Part shown: in pieces, positions 27,517 to 36,283 of the stretch | Numbering within the stretch: the stretch's first letter is position 1 | How the letters are laid out: every line of letters starts with the position of its first letter | Source: an uncultured Gemmatimonadales bacterium | GTDB lineage: Bacteria > Gemmatimonadota > Gemmatimonadetes > Gemmatimonadales > GWC2-71-9 | NCBI GenBank assembly: GCA_963825055.1 | Contig: CAWGSK010000007.1 | Location: 32,001 to 96,000, forward strand | DNA: 64,000 nucleotides | Direction: 5' to 3' | Translations under genes and position numbers: made by a program | The notes under the pieces: generated by a model | What the model saw: only the letters and a program-made list of their open reading frames with translations | Told to the model about the DNA's origin: nothing | Databases searched by the model: none

Positions 27517-29075
27517 GAGTCCTGGAGGTCGCGGAGGTCCCGGCCGGTCATCTCCGGGGGCGGTTCGATCCCGAGCAGCCTGAGGATGGTCGGGCCGACG
27601 TCGCGCAGGCTCCCGCCGCTGCGGAGCGACGGCGCCCCGATGTTGACCCCGACGAGCGGAACCGGGTTGGTGGTGTGTGCCGTGTGTGGCCCCCCGGTCT
27701 CGGGGTCCACCATCACTTCGCAGTTGCCGTGGTCGGCCGTGATGACGACGGCAGCGCTGCTGCGCTCGGCGCTCTTCAGCACCCGCGCCAGGCACTGGTC
27801 GACCGTCTCCACGGCACGGATGATTGCGGCGGGCACGCCCGTATGGCCGACCATGTCCGCGTTCGCATAGTTGCAGAGGATGAAGTCGTGCGCCCGGCGC
27901 TCGATCCCTTCGCAGAGGCGGTCGGTGACTCCGGCCGCGCTCATCTCGGGCGCCAGGTCATACGTGGCCACCCGCGGCGACGGGACGAGGACACGCTCCT
28001 CGCCACGGTACGGCGTCTCGTTGCCGCCGTTGAAGAAGTACGTCACGTGCGGGTACTTCTCCGTCTCGGCGGTGCGGAGCTGCGACCGCCCCGCGTCGGC
28101 CAGGACTTCCGCCACGATCCGCGAGAGCGAAAAGGGCGGGAAGAGGACCGGGAGGTCGAACTGCTGGTCGTAGCGGGTGAGGGTTGCCATCGTCAGCTGC
28201 GGCCGGTCCGGCACCTCGAATCCGTCGAATCCGTCCACCATCAGCGCGCGCACGATCTGGCGCATGCGATCGCTGCGGAAGTTGAAGCAGAGGACCGCGT
28301 CCCCGTCGCGCAGGAGGGCCACCGGCTCCCCGTCGCGCTGCACCACGAGCGGCCGGACGAACTCGTCGGTTTCGCCGCGGTCATAGGCCGCGCGGACGCC
28401 TTCCACCGGATTGGTGACGGCATGGCCGGCGCCGTGGACCATGGCTTCATAGGCCAGGCGGGTCCGTTCCCAGCGCTGGTCGCGGTCCATGGCGTAGTAA
28501 CGACCGGTCAGGGTGGCGATCGTGGCGCGTTCCCCGGCGATGGACCGCAGGTCGTCAACAAGCCGGGCGACCACCCGTTCCCCCGAAGTGGGCGGCGAGT
28601 CCCGCCCGTCCAGGAAGCCCTGGATGGCGATTCGCCGGATCCCGGCCGCCGCCGCCCATTCGACGCATCCGAGCAGGTGCTGGTCCAGCGCGTGCACGCC
28701 GCCAGAACCCAGGAGGCCCATCAGGTGCAGGGCTCCGCCGGTGCGCTTGAGATGGGTGGCAATGTTCCGGAGGGGCTCGAGCGCGGCGAAGCTTCCGTCC
28801 GCCATGCTCTCGGAGATGCGGACCATGTCCTGTGCCACGACCCGTCCGGCCCCGAGGTTCAGGTGCCCGACCTCACTGTTGCCCATCTGGCCCGGTGGAA
28901 GGCCGACGGCCCGGCCGCTCGCCTCGAGCAGGGTGCGCGGAGCCGATTGCCATAGCCCGTTCCAGACGGGCGCGTCGGCCAGGGCGATCGCGTTGTGTTC
29001 CCGCTCGGCGCGATACCCCCACCCATCCAGGACCACCAGTACGACGGGGCCCTGGTGGCGCGACGTGTTTGACAT
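27513..29075 (-). CDS. gpmI: 2,3-bisphosphoglycerate-independent phosphoglycerate mutase
   Basis: LDGWG, QMGNSEVGH, GRYYAMDRD, AETEKYPHVT, DMVGHTG, TADHGN. Confidence 0.97.
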   Translation of the reverse strand: MSNTSRHQGPVVLVVLDGWGYRAEREHNAIALADAPVWNGLWQSAPRTLLEASGRAVGLPPGQMGNSEVGHLNLGAGRVVAQDMVRISESMADGSFAALEPLRNIATHLKRTGGALHLMGLLGSGGVHALDQHLLGCVEWAAAAGIRRIAIQGFLDGRDSPPTSGERVVARLVDDLRSIAGERATIATLTGRYYAMDRDQRWERTRLAYEAMVHGAGHAVTNPVEGVRAAYDRGETDEFVRPLVVQRDGEPVALLRDGDAVLCFNFRSDRMRQIVRALMVDGFDGFEVPDRPQLTMATLTRYDQQFDLPVLFPPFSLSRIVAEVLADAGRSQLRTAETEKYPHVTYFFNGGNETPYRGEERVLVPSPRVATYDLAPEMSAAGVTDRLCEGIERRAHDFILCNYANADMVGHTGVPAAIIRAVETVDQCLARVLKSAERSSAAVVITADHGNCEVMVDPETGGPHTAHTTNPVPLVGVNIGAPSLRSGGSLRDVGPTILRLLGIEPPPEMTGRDLRDLQDS

Positions 29076-29105
29076 GGCTCTCCGCGGTTTCTACAATGCG
29101 ACACC

Positions 29106-30152
29106 GTGAGTTACGCGCCGCAATCTAGCCCCGCCCGGGGTCGCCTACCAGCCTGTCTGCCGGCCGTGCTCCTGCTTGCCGCAGCCATCGCAGCCGTCCC
29201 GCTGCACGCCCAGACTCACACGACGGTGGCCCGCGAAGCGGAGTTCCGCAAGGAGCCCTCGGATGTCGTGCTGGGCTCGATCCTGCCGGGCACGCGCGTC
29301 ATTCTCGGGCGGACGAGCGGCGACTGGATCGAGGCCCGGCTGGCCGGCTGGATCTACACGCCCTCGACCAGCGCGGACCGGCGCGAGGGGTTTGATGTCT
29401 CAGTCTCGGCCCGCCCGACGGAGAACCTCCGCGCCGAGCCCAACGGGACCATCCTGGCGAAGCTCGTCACTGGTGCCCTGCTGAGCCGGGACGGCAAGCG
29501 AGGAGCGTGGACCCAGGTCCACCGCACCGGCTGGATTCCCCGCAGTGCGGTCGGGAGGGGCGCCCCATCAGCGGCGCGTGACACGGCCCGGGCCGGGAGC
29601 CCCTCACGGGCCGATACCGCTCTCGGTCCGGCTCCCCGGGCGGGCGCGCTCGACCGGGCACAGATGGCGAAGGCCGGCGCGATCCTGACGGAGCCGGGTG
29701 GCGAGACCGTCGCCACGGTCGGGCAGGGCACGCCGGTCCGGGTCCGAACGACCGCTGACGGATGGGCCAGGGTGCAGGTGGAGGGCTGGATGCGGGTGGA
29801 GGACCTGGAGACCGTGCCGGACAGCACGGTCCTGGCAGGAGTCACCGCCGCGGAGGTCCGGGCTGAGCCGGACAGGTACGAGGGACGCACGCTGCAGTGG
29901 CGAGTCCAGTTCCTTGCGCTTCAGCGGGCCGATGAACTCCGCCCCGAGATCCCGTCGGGACAGCCCTACCTGCTTACCCGCGGGCCGCTGCCGGAAGCGG
30001 GGTTCGTCTACATTCAGGTTTCGCCGGCGCAGGTGGAGCAGTTCCGCGCCCTCGCGCCACTGGCCGAACTCACCGTCCGGGGGAGGCTCAAGTCCGCGGT
30101 TACCCGATATCTGCCGAACCCGGTGCTGGTGCTGGAGTCGATTGTGCCATGA
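29106..30152 (+). CDS. Secreted protein with repeated bacterial SH3-like domains
   Basis: Signal peptide and three W..V...GW repeats (WIEARLAGWI, WTQVHRTGWI, WARVQVEGWM). Confidence 0.7.
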   Translation: MSYAPQSSPARGRLPACLPAVLLLAAAIAAVPLHAQTHTTVAREAEFRKEPSDVVLGSILPGTRVILGRTSGDWIEARLAGWIYTPSTSADRREGFDVSVSARPTENLRAEPNGTILAKLVTGALLSRDGKRGAWTQVHRTGWIPRSAVGRGAPSAARDTARAGSPSRADTALGPAPRAGALDRAQMAKAGAILTEPGGETVATVGQGTPVRVRTTADGWARVQVEGWMRVEDLETVPDSTVLAGVTAAEVRAEPDRYEGRTLQWRVQFLALQRADELRPEIPSGQPYLLTRGPLPEAGFVYIQVSPAQVEQFRALAPLAELTVRGRLKSAVTRYLPNPVLVLESIVP

Positions 30153-30170
30153 GACCGTTCGTCCCAGCTT

Positions 30171-30218
30171 CTGACCGCCTGACCGCCTGACCGCCTGACC
30201 GCCTGACCGCCTGACCGC
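30171..30218. repeat. Octamer tandem array (CTGACCGC)x6
   Basis: Six perfect copies beginning 18 bp after the SH3 gene stop. Confidence 0.95.
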
Positions 30219-30321
30219 CCTGATCTCGACCGCCCGCTTCCCGTATAAACACCGAACCGACCACCCCCGCTGGCCCTGAGGGCATGGAAATCAATAGATT
30301 CAGGGTCACACTGGAGGGGGA

Positions 30322-30678
30322 ATGAACGACCTGCTCAAGCAACGCATCCTCAGGCGGCTGGAAGCCCTCGGCGACGAGCGGGGCTACCAGATCCTCGATT
30401 ATATCGAGTTCCTGGAGAGCAAGTACGCCGAGCGCGCCGCGCCGGGGAACCTCTTTGCCAAGCTCACCGAGACGGTCGAGGACACGATGCGGGCCGGGAA
30501 GATTCCGGTCCAGGCCATCAGCGGCACGCTCGGCCTGATGGACAGCGCGGGCAAGCTCATGAAGGGCCTGAGTGCGGCGGGTCGTGCCGTCGTGGAAGAG
30601 GCTGTCCGGGTGGCAGAAGGCCCCGCGGCGGAGACGCCCGCGCCGCCGGTCAGGAAAGATGCCCGCGGGGCGTCTTGA
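30322..30678 (+). CDS. Hypothetical protein (DUF2281-like N terminus)
   Basis: Strong [16 protein letters not shown]...[13 protein letters not shown]. Confidence 0.65.
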   Translation: MNDLLKQRILRRLEALGDERGYQILDYIEFLESKYAERAAPGNLFAKLTETVEDTMRAGKIPVQAISGTLGLMDSAGKLMKGLSAAGRAVVEEAVRVAEGPAAETPAPPVRKDARGAS

Positions 30679-30791
30679 TTTCAGCGGTTCCCGCCCCTAC
30701 GATTGGGGATGGAGACCGTGAAACTCGCCGGCCCGCCGCCAGACCTGATGCGTCAGCGGTGGGCCGTCCTGCATCAGGAGCAGTCCCGGCA

Positions 30792-32249
30792 ATGAGCACC
30801 ATCCGTCCCGAGGTCGCGCTGACCTTCGATGACGTCCTTCTCGTCCCGCGCCACTCCACCGTCCACCCCCGCCTGGTCAGCGTCGCGAGCCGCCTGACCC
30901 GCGCCATCCTGCTGAACGTCCCGTTCGTCTCCGCCGCCATGGATACCGTCACCGAGGCCGACATGGCCATGGCGATGGCACGGGCCGGCGGCATCGGTGT
31001 GCTGCACAAGAACATGACGATCGAGCGTCAGGCTGCCGAGGTGGACCGCGTGAAGCGGAGCGAGAGCGGGATGATCATGAATCCCATCACGCTTGGCCCG
31101 GAGCGTCCGGTGCGGGAGGCCAGCACGCTGATGCGGCGCTTCAGCATCTCGGGCGTCCCCATCGTGGACGGGACCGGCCGGCTGGTCGGCATCATCACCA
31201 ACCGCGACCTCCAGTTCGAGCGGAACCTCGACCAGCCGATCCGCGAGGCGATGACCCGGGAAAACCTGGTTACCGCGCCGGTCGGCACCACGCTGGAGGA
31301 GGCGGAGGCGATCCTTGCCCGCCATCGCATCGAGAAGCTGCCGGTGGTGGACGCCGGGCAGGTGCTGAAAGGCCTGATCACCGTCAAGGACATCTTCAAG
31401 CGCCGGGCCCATCCGGACGCGAACAAGGACCAGCATGGGCGTCTCCGGGTCGCCGCGGCGGTCGGGGCCACCCCGGACATCCTGGCGCGCTCCCGCGCGC
31501 TGGTGGAATCCGGGGTCGACGTCATCGTGGTGGACAGCGCCCATGGCCACAGCGCCGGAGTGCTGGATTCGGTCGAATCCCTCCGGCAGACGTTCCCCGA
31601 CGTCCAGCTCATCGCCGGCAATGTTGCCACGGAGGCGGGAGCAAGGGCGCTGGCGGAACGCGGCGTGGATGCGATCAAGGTCGGCGTCGGGCCCGGCAGC
31701 ATCTGCACCACACGTGTCGTCACGGGAGTCGGGATGCCGCAGGTGACCGCCATCATGCACGCGGTGCGTGGCGCGGGCGACGTTCCCGTCATCGCCGACG
31801 GCGGCATCAAGTACTCGGGCGACGCCGTGAAGGCCCTCGCCGCCGGGGCCTCGGCGGTGATGATGGGCGCCATGCTGGCGGGCACGGAGGAGAGCCCCGG
31901 CGAGTCGGTCCTCGCGGAGGGTCGCCGCTTCAAGGTGATCCGGGGAATGGGCAGCCTGTCGGCAATGCAGGACGGCTCCGCCGACCGCTACTTCCAGCAG
32001 GGCGAGATGGCGCCCTCCAAGCTCGTGCCCGAGGGCATCGAGGGTCGAGTGCCCTACAAGGGCCCGGTGAACGACGTGCTGTTCCAGATGGTGGGCGGCC
32101 TCCGCAGCGGCATGGGATATTGTGGAGCCGCGGATATTCCGACCCTGCAGGCGGAGGTTGAGATGGTCCAGGTGACCAGCGCCGGCCTCCGGGAGTCTCA
32201 CCCGCACGACGTGACCGTTACACGCGAGGCCCCGAACTACAGCCGGTAG
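30792..32249 (+). CDS. guaB: IMP dehydrogenase
   Basis: [20 protein letters not shown] pair, [29 protein letters not shown]. Confidence 0.97.
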   Translation: MSTIRPEVALTFDDVLLVPRHSTVHPRLVSVASRLTRAILLNVPFVSAAMDTVTEADMAMAMARAGGIGVLHKNMTIERQAAEVDRVKRSESGMIMNPITLGPERPVREASTLMRRFSISGVPIVDGTGRLVGIITNRDLQFERNLDQPIREAMTRENLVTAPVGTTLEEAEAILARHRIEKLPVVDAGQVLKGLITVKDIFKRRAHPDANKDQHGRLRVAAAVGATPDILARSRALVESGVDVIVVDSAHGHSAGVLDSVESLRQTFPDVQLIAGNVATEAGARALAERGVDAIKVGVGPGSICTTRVVTGVGMPQVTAIMHAVRGAGDVPVIADGGIKYSGDAVKALAAGASAVMMGAMLAGTEESPGESVLAEGRRFKVIRGMGSLSAMQDGSADRYFQQGEMAPSKLVPEGIEGRVPYKGPVNDVLFQMVGGLRSGMGYCGAADIPTLQAEVEMVQVTSAGLRESHPHDVTVTREAPNYSR

Positions 32250-32285
32250 GCACCGGCAGGTCCTTTCCAGTCGCCAGGAGACCGT

Positions 32286-33884
32286 GTGAGCGCATCGACC
32301 GGCCACCGGGAGCAATGGGGCTCCCGCATCGGCCTGATTCTCGCGATGGCGGGCAACGCCGTCGGGCTCGGTAACTTCCTGCGGTTCCCCCGCCAGGCCG
32401 TGGACAACGGCGGCGGGACGTTCATGATCCCGTACTTCATCGCGTTCCTGGTGGTCGGGATCCCGCTCATGTGGATCGAGTGGGGTGTGGGCCGGCACGG
32501 CGGCGAGCGGGGCGAGGGCTCCATGCCCGGGATGCTCGAATCGCTGTGGAAGCATCCGGTGGCGAAGTACCTGGGTGTCCTCGGGCTCGCGATCCCCGTC
32601 ATCGTGCTGATCTACTACTGCTATATCGAATCGTGGACGCTCGCATGGACCTGGTTCTCGGTCACGGGCGACACACAGGGCCTGACCCAGGAAGGGATGC
32701 GCGCCTTTCTCGGATCCTACCAGGACCTGGGCAACCACTCCGTCCACGGCTTCTGGACGCCATTCGCGTTCTTCTTCGCGACCATCGCCGTCAATTTCTG
32801 GGTGGTGAGCCGCGGCCTGACTGCAGGCATCGAGCGGCTGGCCAAGATCGGCATGCCGATCCTGTTCATTTTCGCCGCCATCCTGGTGGTTCGGGTCCTG
32901 ACCCTTGGCCCCCACGAAGTCACCGAGGTGGTGAATGGGGTCGCGACGACCCGGATGTATTCCCCCTGGGACGGTCTCGCCTTCATGTACACGCCGGACT
33001 GGTCGAAGCTGGCCAATCCCGGCGTGTGGCTTGCGGCGGCAGGCCAGATCTTCTTCACGCTGTCGGTCGGCATGGGAACGCTGCAGGCGTACGCGTCCTA
33101 TCTGCGGAAAACCGACGATATCGCCCTCTCGGGCCTGGCCACCTGCGCCACCAACGAGACGGCCGAGGTCGTCCTTGGCGGCTCGCTCGCGATTCCGGCC
33201 GTCGTGGCGTTCTTCGGGATCAGCGGCGCGCTCAGCATCGCGGCTGCCGGCGGTTTCGATCTGGGCTTCGTCGCCATGCCGCTGGTGTTCAACCAGCTGC
33301 CGGGCGGTCCGGTCATCGCGACCACGGCCGGGATCATGTGGTTCGGCCTGCTCTTTGTGGCCGGCATCACCAGTTCGGTGGCGATGGCGACACCCGCGAT
33401 GGCCTTCATGCAGGAGCACTTCGGCTGGACGCGGAATCGGGCTGCCTGGAGCCTGGCCGCGCTGGCGATGCTCCTGGGGCTGGCCCACATCGTGTGGTAC
33501 ACCGGCGGCTTCCTGGATGAGTGGGACTACTGGGCGGGCACGTTCGGCCTCGTCGTCCTCGCGCTGGTGGAAACGGTGATCTTCGTCTGGATCTACGGGC
33601 CGGAGAACGCCTGGCGCGAGATTCACCAGGGCGCCGCCATCCGGATCCCGCGAATCTTCAAGTTCGTGCTGACGTACATCACCCCGATGTTCCTGATCGT
33701 GATGATGGGCTGGTGGACCGTTACCGAGGCGATTCCGGTGCTGCTGATGAATAATCGTCCGGAGGCCGAGATTCCGGTGCGGTGGGCCTCGCGCGGGGTG
33801 ATGGTGGCGATCCTCATCGTGCAGCTCGTCCTCATCAACCGGGCATGGAAGCGGCGGCCGGTGAGCCGCGGGGAGGCCTCATGA
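32286..33884 (+). CDS. Sodium-dependent NSS/SNF family transporter
   Basis: REQWGSR, GNAVGLGNFLRFP, GGGTFMIPY, AAGQIFFTLS, AGITSS. Confidence 0.93.
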   Translation: MSASTGHREQWGSRIGLILAMAGNAVGLGNFLRFPRQAVDNGGGTFMIPYFIAFLVVGIPLMWIEWGVGRHGGERGEGSMPGMLESLWKHPVAKYLGVLGLAIPVIVLIYYCYIESWTLAWTWFSVTGDTQGLTQEGMRAFLGSYQDLGNHSVHGFWTPFAFFFATIAVNFWVVSRGLTAGIERLAKIGMPILFIFAAILVVRVLTLGPHEVTEVVNGVATTRMYSPWDGLAFMYTPDWSKLANPGVWLAAAGQIFFTLSVGMGTLQAYASYLRKTDDIALSGLATCATNETAEVVLGGSLAIPAVVAFFGISGALSIAAAGGFDLGFVAMPLVFNQLPGGPVIATTAGIMWFGLLFVAGITSSVAMATPAMAFMQEHFGWTRNRAAWSLAALAMLLGLAHIVWYTGGFLDEWDYWAGTFGLVVLALVETVIFVWIYGPENAWREIHQGAAIRIPRIFKFVLTYITPMFLIVMMGWWTVTEAIPVLLMNNRPEAEIPVRWASRGVMVAILIVQLVLINRAWKRRPVSRGEAS

Positions 33885-34015
33885 GTGCCGGCGCACTGAT
33901 CTTCATGCTGACCGCGTGGGCGATGGTGCTGGGCCTGTTGTTCTGGTCCTACCGCCGCCTGCTCCGGATGCCCCCGCCCGGGACTGGCGACAGCGACGCC
34001 CCGCCGCCGGGCTGA
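33881..34015 (+). CDS. 44-aa single-TM protein, MetS-like small subunit of the NSS transporter
   Basis: GGGGAGG RBS and ATGA overlap with the transporter stop; MSAGALIFMLTAWAMVLGLLFWSYRRLLR. Confidence 0.75.
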   Translation: MSAGALIFMLTAWAMVLGLLFWSYRRLLRMPPPGTGDSDAPPPG

Positions 34016-34058
34016 CCGGCGGTGGTGTCCCGGCCCGCGCGGTCATTAAGTTTGCTTC

Positions 34059-35075
34059 ATGACACTGACGCTTTCGCCTGACAAGGTCCGGGCCGCGCGG
34101 GCCTTCACGGAGATGTTTACCCCGGGCATGCGGGTCTGCCTGACCACCCACGTAAATCCCGATGGCGACGGCCTTGGCAGCGAGGCCGGGCTGGCGCACC
34201 TCCTGCGTGCGCGCGGCCTCTCGGTGAGCATCACCAACCCGACTCCCACGCCGCCGCGGTTCGATTTCCTCTTCCACGACCTCGAAGGGGTTGACCGGAG
34301 CGCCCGGGCGGTGCGCGAGCTGCGACGTGCAGACGCCATCGTGGTGCTGGACATCAGCGAACTGAGCCGACTCGGCATGCTGAGTGACGCGGTACGCGAG
34401 CGCGGGGTGACCGTCGGCTGCGTCGACCACCACGTGAGCGGCGGCGAACTGCCCGACGGCCCGCGCTACATCGACCAGTCGGCGGCGGCCACAGGCGTGC
34501 TGATCTGGGAGCTGGCGCGTGCCAACGACTGGTCGTTGAGCCGCTCGGCTGCCCGCGCGCTGTACGTGGCTATCATGACCGACACGGGCGGTTTCCGGTT
34601 CAGCAACACCGGACCGCATACGCTGCGGACGGCGGCCGAGCTGCTGGAGACCGGGCTCGACCCCGAAAGCATCTACATGGACGTGTATGCCAATGCCCCC
34701 GAGGGACGGGCGCGACTGCTCGCCGAGTCGCTCCAGACGCTGGTGGTGGAACCCGATCACCACCTGGCGTGGGTCACGGTGCCGCCGGGAGCGCTGGAGC
34801 GCCACGGCGTGACCGCCGACGACCTGGACGGGGTGGTGGAGTACCCCCGTTCCATCTCGGGCGTACGGATGGCATTGCTCTTTCGTGATCTCGCCGGCGG
34901 CCGGGTGAAGGTTTCCCTGCGGTCGGTGGGCGACGTCGACGTGGCCGCATTCGCCGGACGGTTCGGCGGGGGAGGGCACACGAAGGCGGCGGGTGTGTCA
35001 CTCGAAGGCCCGATGGGCGAGGCGCAATCGCGCATCCTGACCGCGGCCCGGGCCTACCTGTCGAACGGCGGTTGA
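34059..35075 (+). CDS. DHH/DHHA1 phosphoesterase (NrnA-like)
   Basis: HVNPDGD, LD, DHH, TDTGGF, SLRS, GGGGHTKAAG. Confidence 0.92.
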   Translation: MTLTLSPDKVRAARAFTEMFTPGMRVCLTTHVNPDGDGLGSEAGLAHLLRARGLSVSITNPTPTPPRFDFLFHDLEGVDRSARAVRELRRADAIVVLDISELSRLGMLSDAVRERGVTVGCVDHHVSGGELPDGPRYIDQSAAATGVLIWELARANDWSLSRSAARALYVAIMTDTGGFRFSNTGPHTLRTAAELLETGLDPESIYMDVYANAPEGRARLLAESLQTLVVEPDHHLAWVTVPPGALERHGVTADDLDGVVEYPRSISGVRMALLFRDLAGGRVKVSLRSVGDVDVAAFAGRFGGGGHTKAAGVSLEGPMGEAQSRILTAARAYLSNGG

Positions 35076-35146
35076 ACCCGGGTTAGCTTCCCGGCAGTCC
35101 TTTCCGCAGCGCCCGTGGGCGCCTTACCGAGACCGGAGCAGTCGCA

Positions 35147-36240
35147 GTGCAGGAATCGCTGGCAGCACGCGTTACGGCCGCCCTCGCGGCCATCAGCAAT
35201 CCACGACTCGAGAACGATATCCTCTCGGCGGGCATGGTCCGCGACCTCGAGGTCTCCGAAGAGGGCGTGGTGCAGTTCACGTTTCTCCTCGGTCGGGACG
35301 ACCCTGCCACGCTGGTCCGCCAGGTGCGGACCACGCTGCGCGAGATCGAGGGCGTGGGAGAGGTGCGCATCAGTGTCACCGATCCCGGCGCGCCGCCGGC
35401 CCCGAAGCGGGGGCCGGCGGGTGGCGCAGTCCCCCCCCACCCACGCCAGCGGAATACGGGCATCTCGGCACGATCCTGGCCGTCTCCAGTGGCAAGGGCG
35501 GGGTAGGCAAGTCCACCGTTGCCGCCAATCTCGCCGTGAGCCTCGCGCAGGCGGGCAAGCGCGTGGCCCTGATGGATTCCGACGTCTACGGACCCAACAT
35601 CCCGCGCATGTTCGGGGTGTTCGAGAAGCCCCCGGTGCACGACCAGAAGATCCAGCCGCTCGAGGCGCATGGCGTGAAGCTCATGTCACTCGGGTTCCTG
35701 GTCGAGCGGGACGCCCCGGCCATCTGGCGCGGCCCGATCATCATGAAGGTCGTCCAGCAGTTCCTGCGGGATGTCAACTGGGGGGAGCTCGACTACTTCA
35801 TCGTGGATCTGCCGCCCGGCACGGGTGACGCCCAGCTCTCGCTCGTGCAGGCCTGCCGTGTCGCCGGGGCGATCATCGTTACCACGCCCCAGGAAGTTGC
35901 GGTGGGTGACGCCCTGCGGGGCGCACGGATGTTCGAGAAGGTGGAAGTCCCGGTGCTCGGCGTGGTCGAGAACATGAGCGGCTACACCTGCCCTGACTGC
36001 GGCAGCCATCACGACCTCTTCGGCCGGGGTGGTGGCCAGCGCCTGGCCGAGGAACTTGGGGTTCCGCTCCTCGGCACGATCCCGCTGCAGCCCGGCATGA
36101 CCGAGGAAGCCGACGCGGGCCAGCCAGTGGTGGTGAGCGACCCGGACAGCGCAGCCGCGGAGGCACTGCGGGCCCTGGCGATGACCATCATGAAACAGGC
36201 GGCCGGCCGGGGAACGCCTCTGCCGATCCTGCGGGGTTAA
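35147..36240 (+). pseudogene. mrp: Mrp/NBP35 (ApbC) Fe-S carrier ATPase, frameshifted in a C8 run (possibly a sequencing error)
   Basis: The N-terminal FeS-assembly domain is in one frame. SSGKGGVGKST, DVYGPN, WRGP, DLPPGTGD and ENMS..CPDC are in another. One extra C at 35431-35438 joins them. Confidence 0.85.
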
Positions 36241-36283
36241 TCGCACGAACAAGCATCCGCAGCGCCCCACTGTCGGAGCTTCC

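Noticed and set aside
30774..33626. Very long antisense or alternate-frame ORFs (e.g. 30774-33626 -, 7402-9564 -, 19925-21991 +, 57571-59466 +, 100-1095 +)
   Set aside because: They are shadows of well-supported genes in high-GC DNA, with no motifs and atypical composition.
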